A stretch of DNA of 64,000 nucleotides from a virus, in IMG/VR virus record IMGVR_UViG_3300037424_001177, positions 95,229 to 159,228 of that record. One strand, given 5' to 3'. This document shows positions 11,701 to 19,829 of this stretch, one piece after another (the stretch's first letter is position 1; each line of letters opens with the position of its first letter). Below the pieces are notes generated by a model. The model saw only the letters and a program-made list of their open reading frames with translations. It made no database searches and was not told the origin of the DNA. The translations under genes and the position numbers were made by a program.

Positions 11701-12824
11701 CCACTGATTTAAGCGCACAAGGTGCAGGAAAACATATTGTCAATCCTGTGTTCATTCTTCCTGGTGCGCCTCAAGTTGGAGACGAGATCGCGATCAACTA
11801 CAGCCGGACTCCGTACCAGGGAGATGTTTGGGGCAGCCAAAGCACCCAATCGGATCTTGGGTACAAGCCGGGAACACTCACGACAGCGATCCGCTACCAG
11901 CTGTTGAACACCGAGTTGACTTACTCGAACCTCACACGACCAAATCAAAAGGTTCTCGAGGTCCTGGCTAGTGTCAAATTCGTAACCACTCTCGGCACGG
12001 GACGGCTTTCAGGCGACGTCCCAGCCAACGACGAAGACGTTCGTGTGCCAGGATACGAGCCGTGGCTGATCCCGGCGACTGCCGTTGTTCCACGTGCAAC
12101 GCCAACCCCTGAGGCCCTGTCTACGTCTGAGAAAGGTCTCCCGATCGGAAACGATTACCTGGGGATGACCGAGCGACTCCCGTTGGGAGCGCTCTTTCGG
12201 GACAAGGACTTCCGGGGGAACTACATCGGAGACATTGGGCCGTTTTCGGTCGATTACAGTGCGCCTGGGATCCAAGCAGCTTCAGTTGCACCGGTCCAGA
12301 ATCTCGAATACGAAACCGTACCCGTCCACACAGGTTCGGTGACTGGCGGGAGTGCTGGGGAGACCGTGGTCCATGTGGACGGTAACGACGGCAACTACTC
12401 GGTCCTGACCAACTACCGCACCAATCGAGGCGGTAGCGCGTTTTCCGTGTTCGGGCACTCCGGTGGGGACGTGGGGGCGATCACCCCTCCCAGCGCCAGC
12501 CACACGACCTCTGGAGGGGTTTTGGCGGGTCTTGCTATGTTGGTTCGGAATGTGCCGACGAACGTTGGAGCCAACGAGGTGTCGGCGGGTGATGAGCTGT
12601 TGTTGCTCATTGCGACGACAGCACGACCTATGGACAGCGGGGCGGACAACATCAATGCCGTCCAGGTGAGTACGTCAGGTACGGGTGAGGGTTACGGGGC
12701 CGCCGATTTGTACCGGCTGACAGGTCACCCAATCACCAACAATCCGGCACGTTCAACGATTGACCCGTCGACAGTCGTACTGGCACGCGCCTCCGACTTG
12801 TTGTTGACTAACGAAGTGCTCTAG
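8769..12824 (+). CDS. Very large baseplate wedge/tail structural protein (DUF4815-like N-terminus)
   Basis: VIWQSGKPPLDAEYNLMQ; shares NGWL, LEVW, YGNV, ETT.RVQ.QYR.RV, G.VDGY.YA, RPD.LF.D blocks with 3502..6129. Confidence 0.65.
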   Translation: MTDYLGPGVSRVLSAKQSGFNTVIWQSGKPPLDAEYNLMQSISTEGERNLALRAAPSGFLGDAANPIDSFVTNRIWSNWFKFGPQFAGEKQAIMWSNVNGWLIPVTGTLTGTPPGSPNDADTWNRITLPPPPANTGDARIDFVFLEVWQARVPPNPSTLNKPGSSALYRYGNVEGGYTFLADDLQDPTIGFETTQRVQLQYRIRVVSNVGLASYPDGFDPATVKGQGASATATSFVFTNMRIELGDVGLWRAGDGTQSTLGSVDGYTYAVPIAVVFRRNRVSWTGDPGQNLNGAFDRNPTAVDRTGYKTFSTIPSLASALTSSALTLTLATVVNIPLPLTPATPVAIQIGDEILTYSSITGTTMTLAARGQFGSLAEAHVSGSIVTVLSGRPDGLFADQIIKDDILDLRHLTGPSLDYEALLRGNLDRLLRGRLRATWKRTGGGPQGSFVFYQDKISASPGALGVTKLDAPDGIRQVWGDPVLLQAVVIPINTPSTTTGSVSIGGTLGAPFSSVVLNHPAPAAGFQVGDIITVPKSLFIGSLPGSDVDQITLVAVQSYVKLRFLGESADLSLAQYSVANNGSGDLLITFTGSFVVRTVGAFITMHVLYGAGRGLSRRPDAIHSLAYLSGHPDILLQIQGLPADNQSLRTTWLAQWSRYRNAMFNGGLPSTCESYADPGSKTVVLTPFRRIPYTAGSGGTPANSTFKTAQKTAGATLGAMPANTPAGGVKWVATDPLALFSNYLDVSAGGNMVVVVPRRLLPGWGEVRVPILPVDSGSFAQGINFCIEAKKGSAPLPAVVANYVPQTSGSGSASYQIFSTTDNFTTFTSAVYNTSFIGVGNKMAGMRFFTDGRGLGRQGLELPPFYGIARLFAVYEAQDYGTNNSAFDPTTREPLVSGGAKNLLRQNFSGPTFWIESDVDGDPTFILNADVIDITKSPNPIASFSAADYVIEASIFGCDRGFFDFNQDARIVLNRGWIPTDLSAQGAGKHIVNPVFILPGAPQVGDEIAINYSRTPYQGDVWGSQSTQSDLGYKPGTLTTAIRYQLLNTELTYSNLTRPNQKVLEVLASVKFVTTLGTGRLSGDVPANDEDVRVPGYEPWLIPATAVVPRATPTPEALSTSEKGLPIGNDYLGMTERLPLGALFRDKDFRGNYIGDIGPFSVDYSAPGIQAASVAPVQNLEYETVPVHTGSVTGGSAGETVVHVDGNDGNYSVLTNYRTNRGGSAFSVFGHSGGDVGAITPPSASHTTSGGVLAGLAMLVRNVPTNVGANEVSAGDELLLLIATTARPMDSGADNINAVQVSTSGTGEGYGAADLYRLTGHPITNNPARSTIDPSTVVLARASDLLLTNEVL

Positions 12825-13456
12825 AGGTCACTCCAGTCCTTCTGGGGTGATCGTTGGTCTTTCCTGGTGTTGCGCAAGAACTGTTGTTTGTACGAGCCCA
12901 TGTAGCCGTCGGGTCGCTTGTGCTTTTGGTACTTCTTGTGCAAGAAGTTGATCATCGGAATTGTCTCTTCGTCGACGGATGACCAGATGTCGAACCAAAT
13001 CGTACTCCATTTTCGCTTGTACGGTTTCCATTCAGTAATGTCTGCGTGAACGAAGCCGAGTTTCCGTTGGGCGTCGGGCAACTTTTTGAGAACGTCTCCG
13101 ACAACACGAAGGACTTCAGCATCGGATTCGACGACGGTGACCGTGCGCACTGTTGGTTTTTGTAAGATCGCGACCGTAGTCATGCCGATTCCGAGTCCTG
13201 CGATGAGCACGTCGCCAAAGGCCTCCGACACAACTTGACGGTTTGCTAGTTGCTCAGCAGGTGAATCTTGTGCGAGCAACTTGGGCAGCAAGATCGCTGT
13301 ACGATAGAGGCGGCAACAACATGCCTTAGGGAATTTGACTTCCGTTCCTTTACCGTCAGGCGTGTCGATGTAGTGGGTTTCCTCGACCTCCTCGTGCTTG
13401 ATTTCTATGTGTCCACTGATGGTGGGGCGGAAAACGGAAATCATGGGAACGAACAT
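12821..13456 (-). CDS. SAM-dependent methyltransferase/spermidine-synthase-like protein
   Basis: VLIAGLGIG motif I, VTVVE, HAD, IWFDIW. Confidence 0.7.
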   Translation of the reverse strand: MFVPMISVFRPTISGHIEIKHEEVEETHYIDTPDGKGTEVKFPKACCCRLYRTAILLPKLLAQDSPAEQLANRQVVSEAFGDVLIAGLGIGMTTVAILQKPTVRTVTVVESDAEVLRVVGDVLKKLPDAQRKLGFVHADITEWKPYKRKWSTIWFDIWSSVDEETIPMINFLHKKYQKHKRPDGYMGSYKQQFLRNTRKDQRSPQKDWSDL

Positions 13457-13462
13457 TTTTGA

Positions 13463-13777
13463 TCAAACTCCGGTGAGTTCCTTGGCTACAGCTAACCAAG
13501 CGAGGCGTTCGTCGTCCAACACGAGGTATGGTTTGATTCCCACAGTGCGCCTGGCGATGATTTCCGGCTTTGTCAGATGCTTGCCTTGAAGGAACTCGTC
13601 GCTGACGCCTACGGTCGGGTGTGTGTCCGAAATGCTGAATGTCTTTTTGCATTCGAGGCACAGATGCTTCTTGTGTAGCCGCGTCAACCAGGGCCCTATG
13701 TCGAGGTGCCTTGCTTCACAAGATGGACAGAATATGGGGCAGGGATAGGGTGGAACGATGTCAGAAAGACCCGACAT
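13463..13777 (-). CDS. Small zinc-finger protein
   Basis: CPSC..H and H.CLEC; likely ATG at 13777, because the longer ORF-track version runs through repeat cassettes. Confidence 0.55.
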   Translation of the reverse strand: MSGLSDIVPPYPCPIFCPSCEARHLDIGPWLTRLHKKHLCLECKKTFSISDTHPTVGVSDEFLQGKHLTKPEIIARRTVGIKPYLVLDDERLAWLAVAKELTGV

Positions 13778-13790
13778 GAAGTCTACCCAC

Positions 13791-13850
13791 GTTTCAATTT
13801 TTATTGGCCATTCGAAGGATGACGGATAAAGCTTAACCACTTTTAGCACC
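13791..13850 (-). repeat. Degenerate copy of the promoter + CRISPR-like repeat cassette (A3)
   Basis: Minus strand TGCTAAAAG...CTTTATCCGTCATCCTTCGAATGGCCAATAAAAATTGAAAC. Confidence 0.6.
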
Positions 13851-13855
13851 TGTTT

Positions 13856-13876
13856 TTTCAATTTATCCGCTGTCCT
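13856..13876 (-). repeat. Partial repeat copy (A2), 3' 21 nt
   Basis: TTTCAATTTATCCGCTGTCCT identical to 13953-13973. Confidence 0.9.
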
Positions 13877-13877
13877 T

Positions 13878-13952
13878 GTCACCGGGGCCCGATAAAGCGT
13901 CTGAGGAGTCACCACGTCAGGACCGTCTATCCGATATTGGTACTCGTTCCAG
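13878..13952 (-). repeat. 75-bp diverged duplicate of the 3' end of the Cys-rich lipoprotein gene (spacer-like segment)
   Basis: 67/75 identical to 14052-14126, ungapped. Confidence 0.95.
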
Positions 13953-14032
13953 TTTCAATTTATCCGCTGTCCTAAGACCAACGGAAAGACCAATTTAGCA
14001 GAGTGGTCTTTCCGTTGCAAGTGTTGAACACT
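13952..14032 (-). CRISPR. Promoter + single CRISPR-like repeat cassette (A1), heading a mini-array
   Basis: TTGCAA(14020-14015)-17 nt-TAAATT(13997-13992) with TG extension, then CTTTCCGTTGGTCTTAGGACAGCGGATAAATTGAAAC (37 nt, hairpin + ATTGAAAC end). CRISPR nature is inferred. Confidence 0.6.
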
Positions 14033-16570
14033 CTAGAACGCCTGGTACGTAGTCACTGGGGCCCGATACAGCGTCTGAGGAGTCACCACGTCAGGACCGT
14101 CTACCTGATACGGGTATTGGTTCCAGTAGCCCCAGCTCAGCCAGTACACGTAGTCGTCGTCAGCGACATCGGCAATGACCGCGTAGGCTTGGTGCGAATA
14201 CCCTGTCCAATAGCCGCTCGTGAAGTTTCTCGTGTCCAGGTATTGATAGTTTGTGTAGATCAGGTCGCCTTTGCTGAACTGGTACTCGCTACCGACCCCG
14301 AGGCTTCCTGTGGTTTGAAAATGCAACAGATCGGCTGTCGCGTCCTCGGGGTAGGCGCCGAAGATGAAGTATTTGTTGTCGGAGGTCGCGATGATTTGGC
14401 CCGACTCCATTCTGATCAAGTCGACAGGCCAGTGCAGAGGTTGACCTGTAACAAGGAAACCATTTTCGTTGATGTATGTGGCGGAGAACGCTAACGAGGT
14501 CTCGTTTTCGATGGTTGACGGTATCGGCGAGGGGCCCGTCGTCGAGTGCTTCAACAACCCTGCGACGTAGGAAGGTTGGACGTTCCAGTAGTAGATGAAG
14601 TCTTCGTCGACGACAATTTTTGGTGGTATCCACCAAGTACCTGTGATTGCGAAGACGACTTCTCCGTACGACAGTGAATCAATTGGCGCACGGTAGAACG
14701 TCACGGTTCTGAACGGGTAGCCGATCGGATCGCAGCCATTGCCAACCCCGTAACACGGTCCTTCCTGGTCCTCGTTGTGCCAGTAAACGTGTGTCGAGTT
14801 CTTCGTGAGGCGCTGGACTAAGCGTCCACTATAGACTTGCGTGCAGTTGAGCGGATCTGGAATCGTTGTCGCGCAGCGTATGATTTCGGACGTATTGGCG
14901 CCGTTAGAGACTGATCCTTTGATGATGTACAGGTGTTGCCCAGCCGCTAATATGCCGCCGATGCCAGTGTTGATGTCGAAACTCGTGATGAGTTCGGACG
15001 CGCTTCCGTCCTTGGGCATTTTTCGAACAATGGCTTGATTTGCGTCGTAGTCGTATTCGGAGGTGTAGAGGTTGTTCTCGTCTTGGGTCAGACCTTGCCA
15101 TCCACTGCTCCCCCCACCTGGATGGACCGCAATCGGTTCGATCCCCGGGTACTCGCAGGTCCCGTTGAGGCATTGGCCGCCGTTGCACGCGAGCCCACAC
15201 ACGCCGCAGTTCGTGTCGTCGTTCTGGATGTTTGTTTCACATCCGGGAGCGGCCGTGCAGTCAGCGAAACCTTGGATGCAGGTGAAGCCGCATCCTTCGA
15301 CGGCGCCGACACAAATTGGATCAGCGTTCTCGGGTGTCGCCGTGCAAGCGTCGCCACACGACGTGCAGTTGGTCGAAGAGCCGAACGTGGTTTCACATCC
15401 TGGAGCAGCCGTACAGTCGGCGAAGCCAGTCACACAGGCGGTGCTACACACGCCAGCCCCTGAGCAGATTGGCGCCGTGTTCGGATCGACCGGACACGAG
15501 ACGATCGAGCCCCATTCTCCCGTAGCGTCGCAAGTCTCAGTCGCAGAGCCACTGCAACGCATCGTCCCTGGCTCACAGTTGCCCGTACAGGCTCCGTTCA
15601 GGCAGGCGTAGGGGCAAGTTGTCGTTGGCGGCTGCCAAGCCCCCTGGGTGTCACAAGATTCGATTCCGAGCCCGGAGCAACGTAGGTCTCCTGGCTCACA
15701 CGTCCCGGCACAGACGCCGTCACCGTCGCAAGCGAATTCACAGTCAGTGTCCGGGATCCATTCCCCGTTCGAGTCACAAACTTCGACGGTCGGCCCTCCG
15801 ACACATCGCTTGGTTCCGGGGATGCATTCCCCGGTACAGGAGGCCGTGCCCGATTCCTCTTTGCACACGAAGTCACAAATGTTGGTCTGGACAAATAGAC
15901 CTTGTCCGTCACACAAGGCAGTGATCAGGGTCATGGTCAGGTCGGGAACTTGTAGGCACGCGTTGGTCCCAGGCACACATACGCCTGTACATGCACCGTT
16001 TTCGCAGCCGAAGGGACATGATTCAGTAGACCATTGTCCGAAGGCGTCGCAGATCTCGTGTTCCCCTGTGTTGAGCGTACAGCGAGCGTCTTCGGGAACA
16101 CACTCACCGATGCATCCGAATTCGTTGTCACAGGCGAACGGACACGTTTCGGTTGGGATCCATTCCGAGCCGTCTTGGCGACAGGATTCGAACGCGGAGC
16201 CGTTGCACTGGGTCGTGCTTGGTTCGCAAAATGTCGTCGCAGGTGAGCCAGCTGTTCCTGTTCCTCCGATGCCAGTCACTCCTGCGCTTCCGCCAGGGGA
16301 GCTGCCACCAGATCCACCAGAACCGCCTAGGTTATCGGCACCCGCGTCTGGCTCAGGTGTGGTGACGGGATCCGTTCCACTTTGAGAGCCTCCAGAACTT
16401 GCGTTTATAGCGGGCTCGAGTTCGGGCGGAATAGGGGCGGAACCCGGTATGCCGATTTGCTTCGGCCCGTAGAGGCTTTCTCCGCAACCTGCGACAGCGA
16501 GCAAGATCGCGAATAATGTGCCAAATCTGGACGGGCAGGTCTTCCGGTTACCTTTGAAGTCGTGTACCAT
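14033..16570 (-). CDS. Cys-rich lipoprotein with Gly/Ser linker, tandem Cys repeats and C-terminal beta-propeller (myxobacterial type)
   Basis: Lipobox LAVAG-C; repeated CPFAC..G.C.G.C.PG..RC units; CETN...D..NCG.CG..C; C-terminal VYW/IYY blade motifs. Confidence 0.75.
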   Translation of the reverse strand: MVHDFKGNRKTCPSRFGTLFAILLAVAGCGESLYGPKQIGIPGSAPIPPELEPAINASSGGSQSGTDPVTTPEPDAGADNLGGSGGSGGSSPGGSAGVTGIGGTGTAGSPATTFCEPSTTQCNGSAFESCRQDGSEWIPTETCPFACDNEFGCIGECVPEDARCTLNTGEHEICDAFGQWSTESCPFGCENGACTGVCVPGTNACLQVPDLTMTLITALCDGQGLFVQTNICDFVCKEESGTASCTGECIPGTKRCVGGPTVEVCDSNGEWIPDTDCEFACDGDGVCAGTCEPGDLRCSGLGIESCDTQGAWQPPTTTCPYACLNGACTGNCEPGTMRCSGSATETCDATGEWGSIVSCPVDPNTAPICSGAGVCSTACVTGFADCTAAPGCETTFGSSTNCTSCGDACTATPENADPICVGAVEGCGFTCIQGFADCTAAPGCETNIQNDDTNCGVCGLACNGGQCLNGTCEYPGIEPIAVHPGGGSSGWQGLTQDENNLYTSEYDYDANQAIVRKMPKDGSASELITSFDINTGIGGILAAGQHLYIIKGSVSNGANTSEIIRCATTIPDPLNCTQVYSGRLVQRLTKNSTHVYWHNEDQEGPCYGVGNGCDPIGYPFRTVTFYRAPIDSLSYGEVVFAITGTWWIPPKIVVDEDFIYYWNVQPSYVAGLLKHSTTGPSPIPSTIENETSLAFSATYINENGFLVTGQPLHWPVDLIRMESGQIIATSDNKYFIFGAYPEDATADLLHFQTTGSLGVGSEYQFSKGDLIYTNYQYLDTRNFTSGYWTGYSHQAYAVIADVADDDYVYWLSWGYWNQYPYQVDGPDVVTPQTLYRAPVTTYQAF

Positions 16571-16626
16571 GACATAGCTAAATACGGTTGAGGGCCTTCA
16601 AAACTTGAAAATGAAAGTGTGAATTT

Positions 16627-17379
16627 GTGAGCAGAAAAGTCACAATCGGAGCAGCGTCCAAGACGGTCCCGATCAAACGAGGCGTGACGTTTGGTCACTG
16701 GACCGTAATGTCAGCACCGTATCGGCAAGGTCGCAAACCGTACGTCAAATGTCGTTGCGCTTGTGGCACACAACGAGGTGTCCAAGTTGACAGTTTGTGT
16801 GCAGGTCGCAGCAAGGGCTGTGGTTGTCGTTTAAGTGGACGCGGGCGTCCCGCACGACACGGTTTCGCCTGTAAAGGGAACCCTCAAAATAACACGTATC
16901 AGTCTTGGGCGCACATGCGTTATTTTGTTGAGAAGCGAGGAGTTCGAGTAGCCCCTCGGTGGCAAGTGTTCGAAGAATTCCTGGCGGACATGGGACCTTG
17001 CCCGGTTGGCAAGATGCTAGGGCGCTTACATCCGAGCCGGGGGTATCACGTCAATAATTGTGTGTGGACTCAACACGAACGATTCAACAATCGGAAGCGA
17101 ACGACTTTTTGGGTGACGTGGAAAGGGCGATCGCAAAGTCTGGCGGATCTCGCACGACTTGAAAACGTGAACTACGAAAAGTTGCGAGGTCGGCTGAGGA
17201 AGACATCGATTGAAGCCCTGCGAGAAATTGTTCAGCAGTTGAGAGCGGAAGGATCTACTTACGTTCCCTACATCGACCGCCGTCCTGGACGTCGTCGCCC
17301 CAAATCATGGCGTCATGAAATTCGAGGGGACGAACGACGATCAATGCCTGTCGGTGTTCCAGTTTTGGATGTCGCGTAG
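16627..17379 (+). CDS. Free-standing HNH-type homing-endonuclease-like protein
   Basis: G.WTV..CRCACG, SKGCGC, TY.SW.HM, RW..FEEFLADMG.CP, RGY...NCVW: common phage HNH/AP2 family layout. Confidence 0.7.
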   Translation: MSRKVTIGAASKTVPIKRGVTFGHWTVMSAPYRQGRKPYVKCRCACGTQRGVQVDSLCAGRSKGCGCRLSGRGRPARHGFACKGNPQNNTYQSWAHMRYFVEKRGVRVAPRWQVFEEFLADMGPCPVGKMLGRLHPSRGYHVNNCVWTQHERFNNRKRTTFWVTWKGRSQSLADLARLENVNYEKLRGRLRKTSIEALREIVQQLRAEGSTYVPYIDRRPGRRRPKSWRHEIRGDERRSMPVGVPVLDVA

Positions 17380-17421
17380 CACCATAGGACTGCGCCCATT
17401 TTTCAGTTACTACGGCGGCAA

Positions 17422-17688
17422 ATGGCGGGAAACTCTGAAACTCCCGCAGTGGTCTACACGGTAGCTGCTGGCGCTTCTGTTGACAAGTATAAGACCTGGC
17501 TGAAGTCGATGTTGCGTGACAAGAAGACGGTCTCACAGTGGTCAAGGGACGTTTTGTCCGCTGCTCGTGTTCACGCGGCCACACGTACAGATGAGACTCT
17601 TCGGCTTTTGGGTGATGCTGCTTGTGCAGAGGCCCCTATCGCACACTCCTCTGTCGATACTTGGCTGGAGGACTTTGGGTTTATCTGA
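17422..17688 (+). CDS. Hypothetical protein
   Basis: ATG-start ORF co-oriented with neighbours. Confidence 0.5.
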   Translation: MAGNSETPAVVYTVAAGASVDKYKTWLKSMLRDKKTVSQWSRDVLSAARVHAATRTDETLRLLGDAACAEAPIAHSSVDTWLEDFGFI

Positions 17689-17712
17689 TTTTGTTTATCA
17701 CCACAGTTGTGT

Positions 17713-17913
17713 ATGGCAGCGCGAACACTGACCTACCTCGATATTCCACCTAATCGCCGACAAGCGATGGCGGTGAAACATCACGCGAAGCTCTTGGAAC
17801 GTTTGGCGGATCCAAGTAACACGCTAAGTCAAGCTCAGGAGCTAGTACAACAGTTGACGCGCCTCAACCAGTGGGCAAATGGTGTGTTGCCGGTTCCAGC
17901 TTCGGAGAATTGA
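17713..17913 (+). CDS. Hypothetical protein
   Basis: Short ORF coupled to next gene. Confidence 0.45.
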   Translation: MAARTLTYLDIPPNRRQAMAVKHHAKLLERLADPSNTLSQAQELVQQLTRLNQWANGVLPVPASEN

Positions 17914-17914
17914 C

Positions 17915-18334
17915 ATGGATGATGTAGTCTCTCAGTTTCTGAGTCGCGGAACCGCGATCATTGCGGTTTCTGTTGTCATATTTGTGTTCTTCACTCGACG
18001 CCTTGTCGAGATCGCATTTCCCTCTCTGAAGCCTCTTGCACGTGAAATGGATCACGGGCCCATGTACACGAGTCGGGGTTCCCTGTTATGGAACCAAGTC
18101 GGGCTCTACGCACTACCTGTCATTGCAGGCGCTCTGTTCGGGATGTTCGTCAAAGAGCCTGCCATTTACGGCGGGACCGAGATCACTACGACCTCTGGTC
18201 GCATCTTTTACGCAATGGTGGTCGGGTGGTTCTCCGACTTCTTGTACGAGGTCGTGCAGAAAACGCTGTACAAGAGTACGGGTATTGCGCTACCAGATCC
18301 AACTCCCAGTGTCCCCCCAACCGAACGAAACTAA
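17915..18334 (+). CDS. Membrane protein, holin-like
   Basis: About three hydrophobic segments in 139 aa; GGAG upstream of ATG. Confidence 0.5.
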   Translation: MDDVVSQFLSRGTAIIAVSVVIFVFFTRRLVEIAFPSLKPLAREMDHGPMYTSRGSLLWNQVGLYALPVIAGALFGMFVKEPAIYGGTEITTTSGRIFYAMVVGWFSDFLYEVVQKTLYKSTGIALPDPTPSVPPTERN

Positions 18335-18827
18335 GGCTCAGAAGGTCTGGGCCTGGATCCGTCGTTGGATCCTTGCACCGTTACCTGCGCTCTTGCTCGT
18401 CATTGGGGCGATCGTCCTGGTCATGTTGGGCGTCAAGAACTTGCAAATCGGTGGTCTCTTGGCCCGTTTGCTTGGCAGGTCCGGTAGCGACAAGAAAGCC
18501 GTCGACGTTGCCAACACTATACCGAAGGACCGTGTCGACAAGGACGGTAAGTTGATACCCATTGGGGTGCCTGATGAGCACGGGATCACGCAAGCCAAGG
18601 TAGTGGCGATTGAGCCCCCAGGTTTATTTTCGAACCCGAAACAAGTAACAATCAAAGCGGAAGACGGCACCAAGCACGTCGTTGATCTGCCTACAGGTGT
18701 CAGGGCGCGAGATGTCGACAAGGTCGTGATCGTGAAGCCTGAAATTTTCGCAGTGACCGTTACCGACTCTTCGAAGGTTCCGAAGAAGACTGTGGACGAT
18801 CTTCTGAAGCGATACGGCGGCAGCTGA
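18309..18827 (+). CDS. Single-pass membrane protein
   Basis: N-terminal TM (ILAPLPALLLVIGAIVLVMLGV); GTG start inferred. Confidence 0.5.
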   Translation: MSPQPNETKAQKVWAWIRRWILAPLPALLLVIGAIVLVMLGVKNLQIGGLLARLLGRSGSDKKAVDVANTIPKDRVDKDGKLIPIGVPDEHGITQAKVVAIEPPGLFSNPKQVTIKAEDGTKHVVDLPTGVRARDVDKVVIVKPEIFAVTVTDSSKVPKKTVDDLLKRYGGS

Positions 18828-18866
18828 CGTTCGGTGTTGTGATCATCGTCCTAGGTGGAGGCCTGG

Positions 18867-19466
18867 ATGTTGATTCGCACATTGTCTTTTTTGTTGGCGT
18901 TCGGATTCGTACGGACATCGTACGGCGCTGAGTGTGACGCGGGTTCGACTTGTGTCGCGGAGCCAGATTTGCACACGATGATCGAGATCGTTCGTGAGAA
19001 GCAGTGTCTCAGTCAAACCGTTCCAACTTTTGAACTCGACCCTGTGATCATCACAGTGGACCGAGCCGGGAGGATCTTTTACTCGACGAAAGGTCCTCAG
19101 CCGTACAAGCTGCGAATGAAGTGGTGTGTGTACGACATCGAAGCCCAGGGCAAACTCAATGTCGTCGCTGCCGTGCAGGAGCCACCCTGGATTGGGTTTC
19201 GGTTTCGTCCCAAAGCGTACTTGGGCGCGTTGCTTGCTGAGCCACTCCAAGAAGGACGCAGGTTTCGGGATGCCTGGGATGCAGGCGCCATGATTGACGT
19301 GTTTTACGTACGAGACTTCAATCTCAATGCACACATTGGATTTCGAGCCGTTGGTTTAGGCCTCGGTGTTGATCTGGTCAAGAACTTTGGAGTTTACGTA
19401 GGCTACGCCTACGGTTGGACGGCGAAACACAATCCTGAAGCTGCTGTGTGGTTCGCGTTTTTCTGA
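18867..19466 (+). CDS. Secreted protein with outer-membrane beta-strand-like C-terminus
   Basis: GGAGG RBS, signal peptide, alternating aromatic strands, terminal F. Confidence 0.5.
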   Translation: MLIRTLSFLLAFGFVRTSYGAECDAGSTCVAEPDLHTMIEIVREKQCLSQTVPTFELDPVIITVDRAGRIFYSTKGPQPYKLRMKWCVYDIEAQGKLNVVAAVQEPPWIGFRFRPKAYLGALLAEPLQEGRRFRDAWDAGAMIDVFYVRDFNLNAHIGFRAVGLGLGVDLVKNFGVYVGYAYGWTAKHNPEAAVWFAFF

Positions 19467-19478
19467 TCTTGGTGTTAC

Positions 19479-19829
19479 GTGAAGCCGATCGTGATCATTG
19501 AATCACCTTACGGTTCAGGCTCCGGACCAAATGGCCGGGCGACGCAAAAGGACCTTGCGCGCAACAAGGAATATTTGGAGCGTGCCATACGAGATTCACT
19601 TCTTCGTGGAGAAGCGCCGTTTGCTTCTCATCGGATGTATCCTGGAGCGCTAGATGACCACATACCCGAAGAACGAAAGCTCGGAATAGAGGTCGGTTTG
19701 GTGTTCTACGAAGTCGCGGACATGGTAGCTGTCTACACGGATTACGGGATCACTGAAGGTATGAAGAAGGGGATTGAGCACGCCAAGATCAATTACTTGG
19801 GGATTGAGTACAGAAACCTCAACGACTGA
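19479..19829 (+). CDS. Nucleoside deoxyribosyltransferase-like (DUF4406-type) protein
   Basis: VIIESPY, GEAPFASH, GI+EGM..GIE motifs. Confidence 0.6.
   Translation: MKPIVIIESPYGSGSGPNGRATQKDLARNKEYLERAIRDSLLRGEAPFASHRMYPGALDDHIPEERKLGIEVGLVFYEVADMVAVYTDYGITEGMKKGIEHAKINYLGIEYRNLND

Noticed and set aside
13778-13915. N-terminal extension of ORF 13463..13915 identical to the lipoprotein C-terminus
   Set aside because: Results from the 75-bp duplication and repeat remnants being open in frame; real start is probably ATG 13777.
13791-13988. Canonical CRISPR array
   Set aside because: Unit lengths are irregular (about 97 and 64 nt), repeats are partial or degenerate, and there are no cas genes; reported as mini-array/solitary repeats instead.
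13878-14126. DGR template/variable repeat pair at the 3' end of a propeller gene
   Set aside because: Mismatches are not adenine-specific (only 3 of 8 have A in the putative template on the coding strand) and no reverse transcriptase is present in the window.
15035-16385. Long plus-strand ORFs opposite the Cys-rich gene
   Set aside because: Antisense shadows of a repetitive coding sequence.
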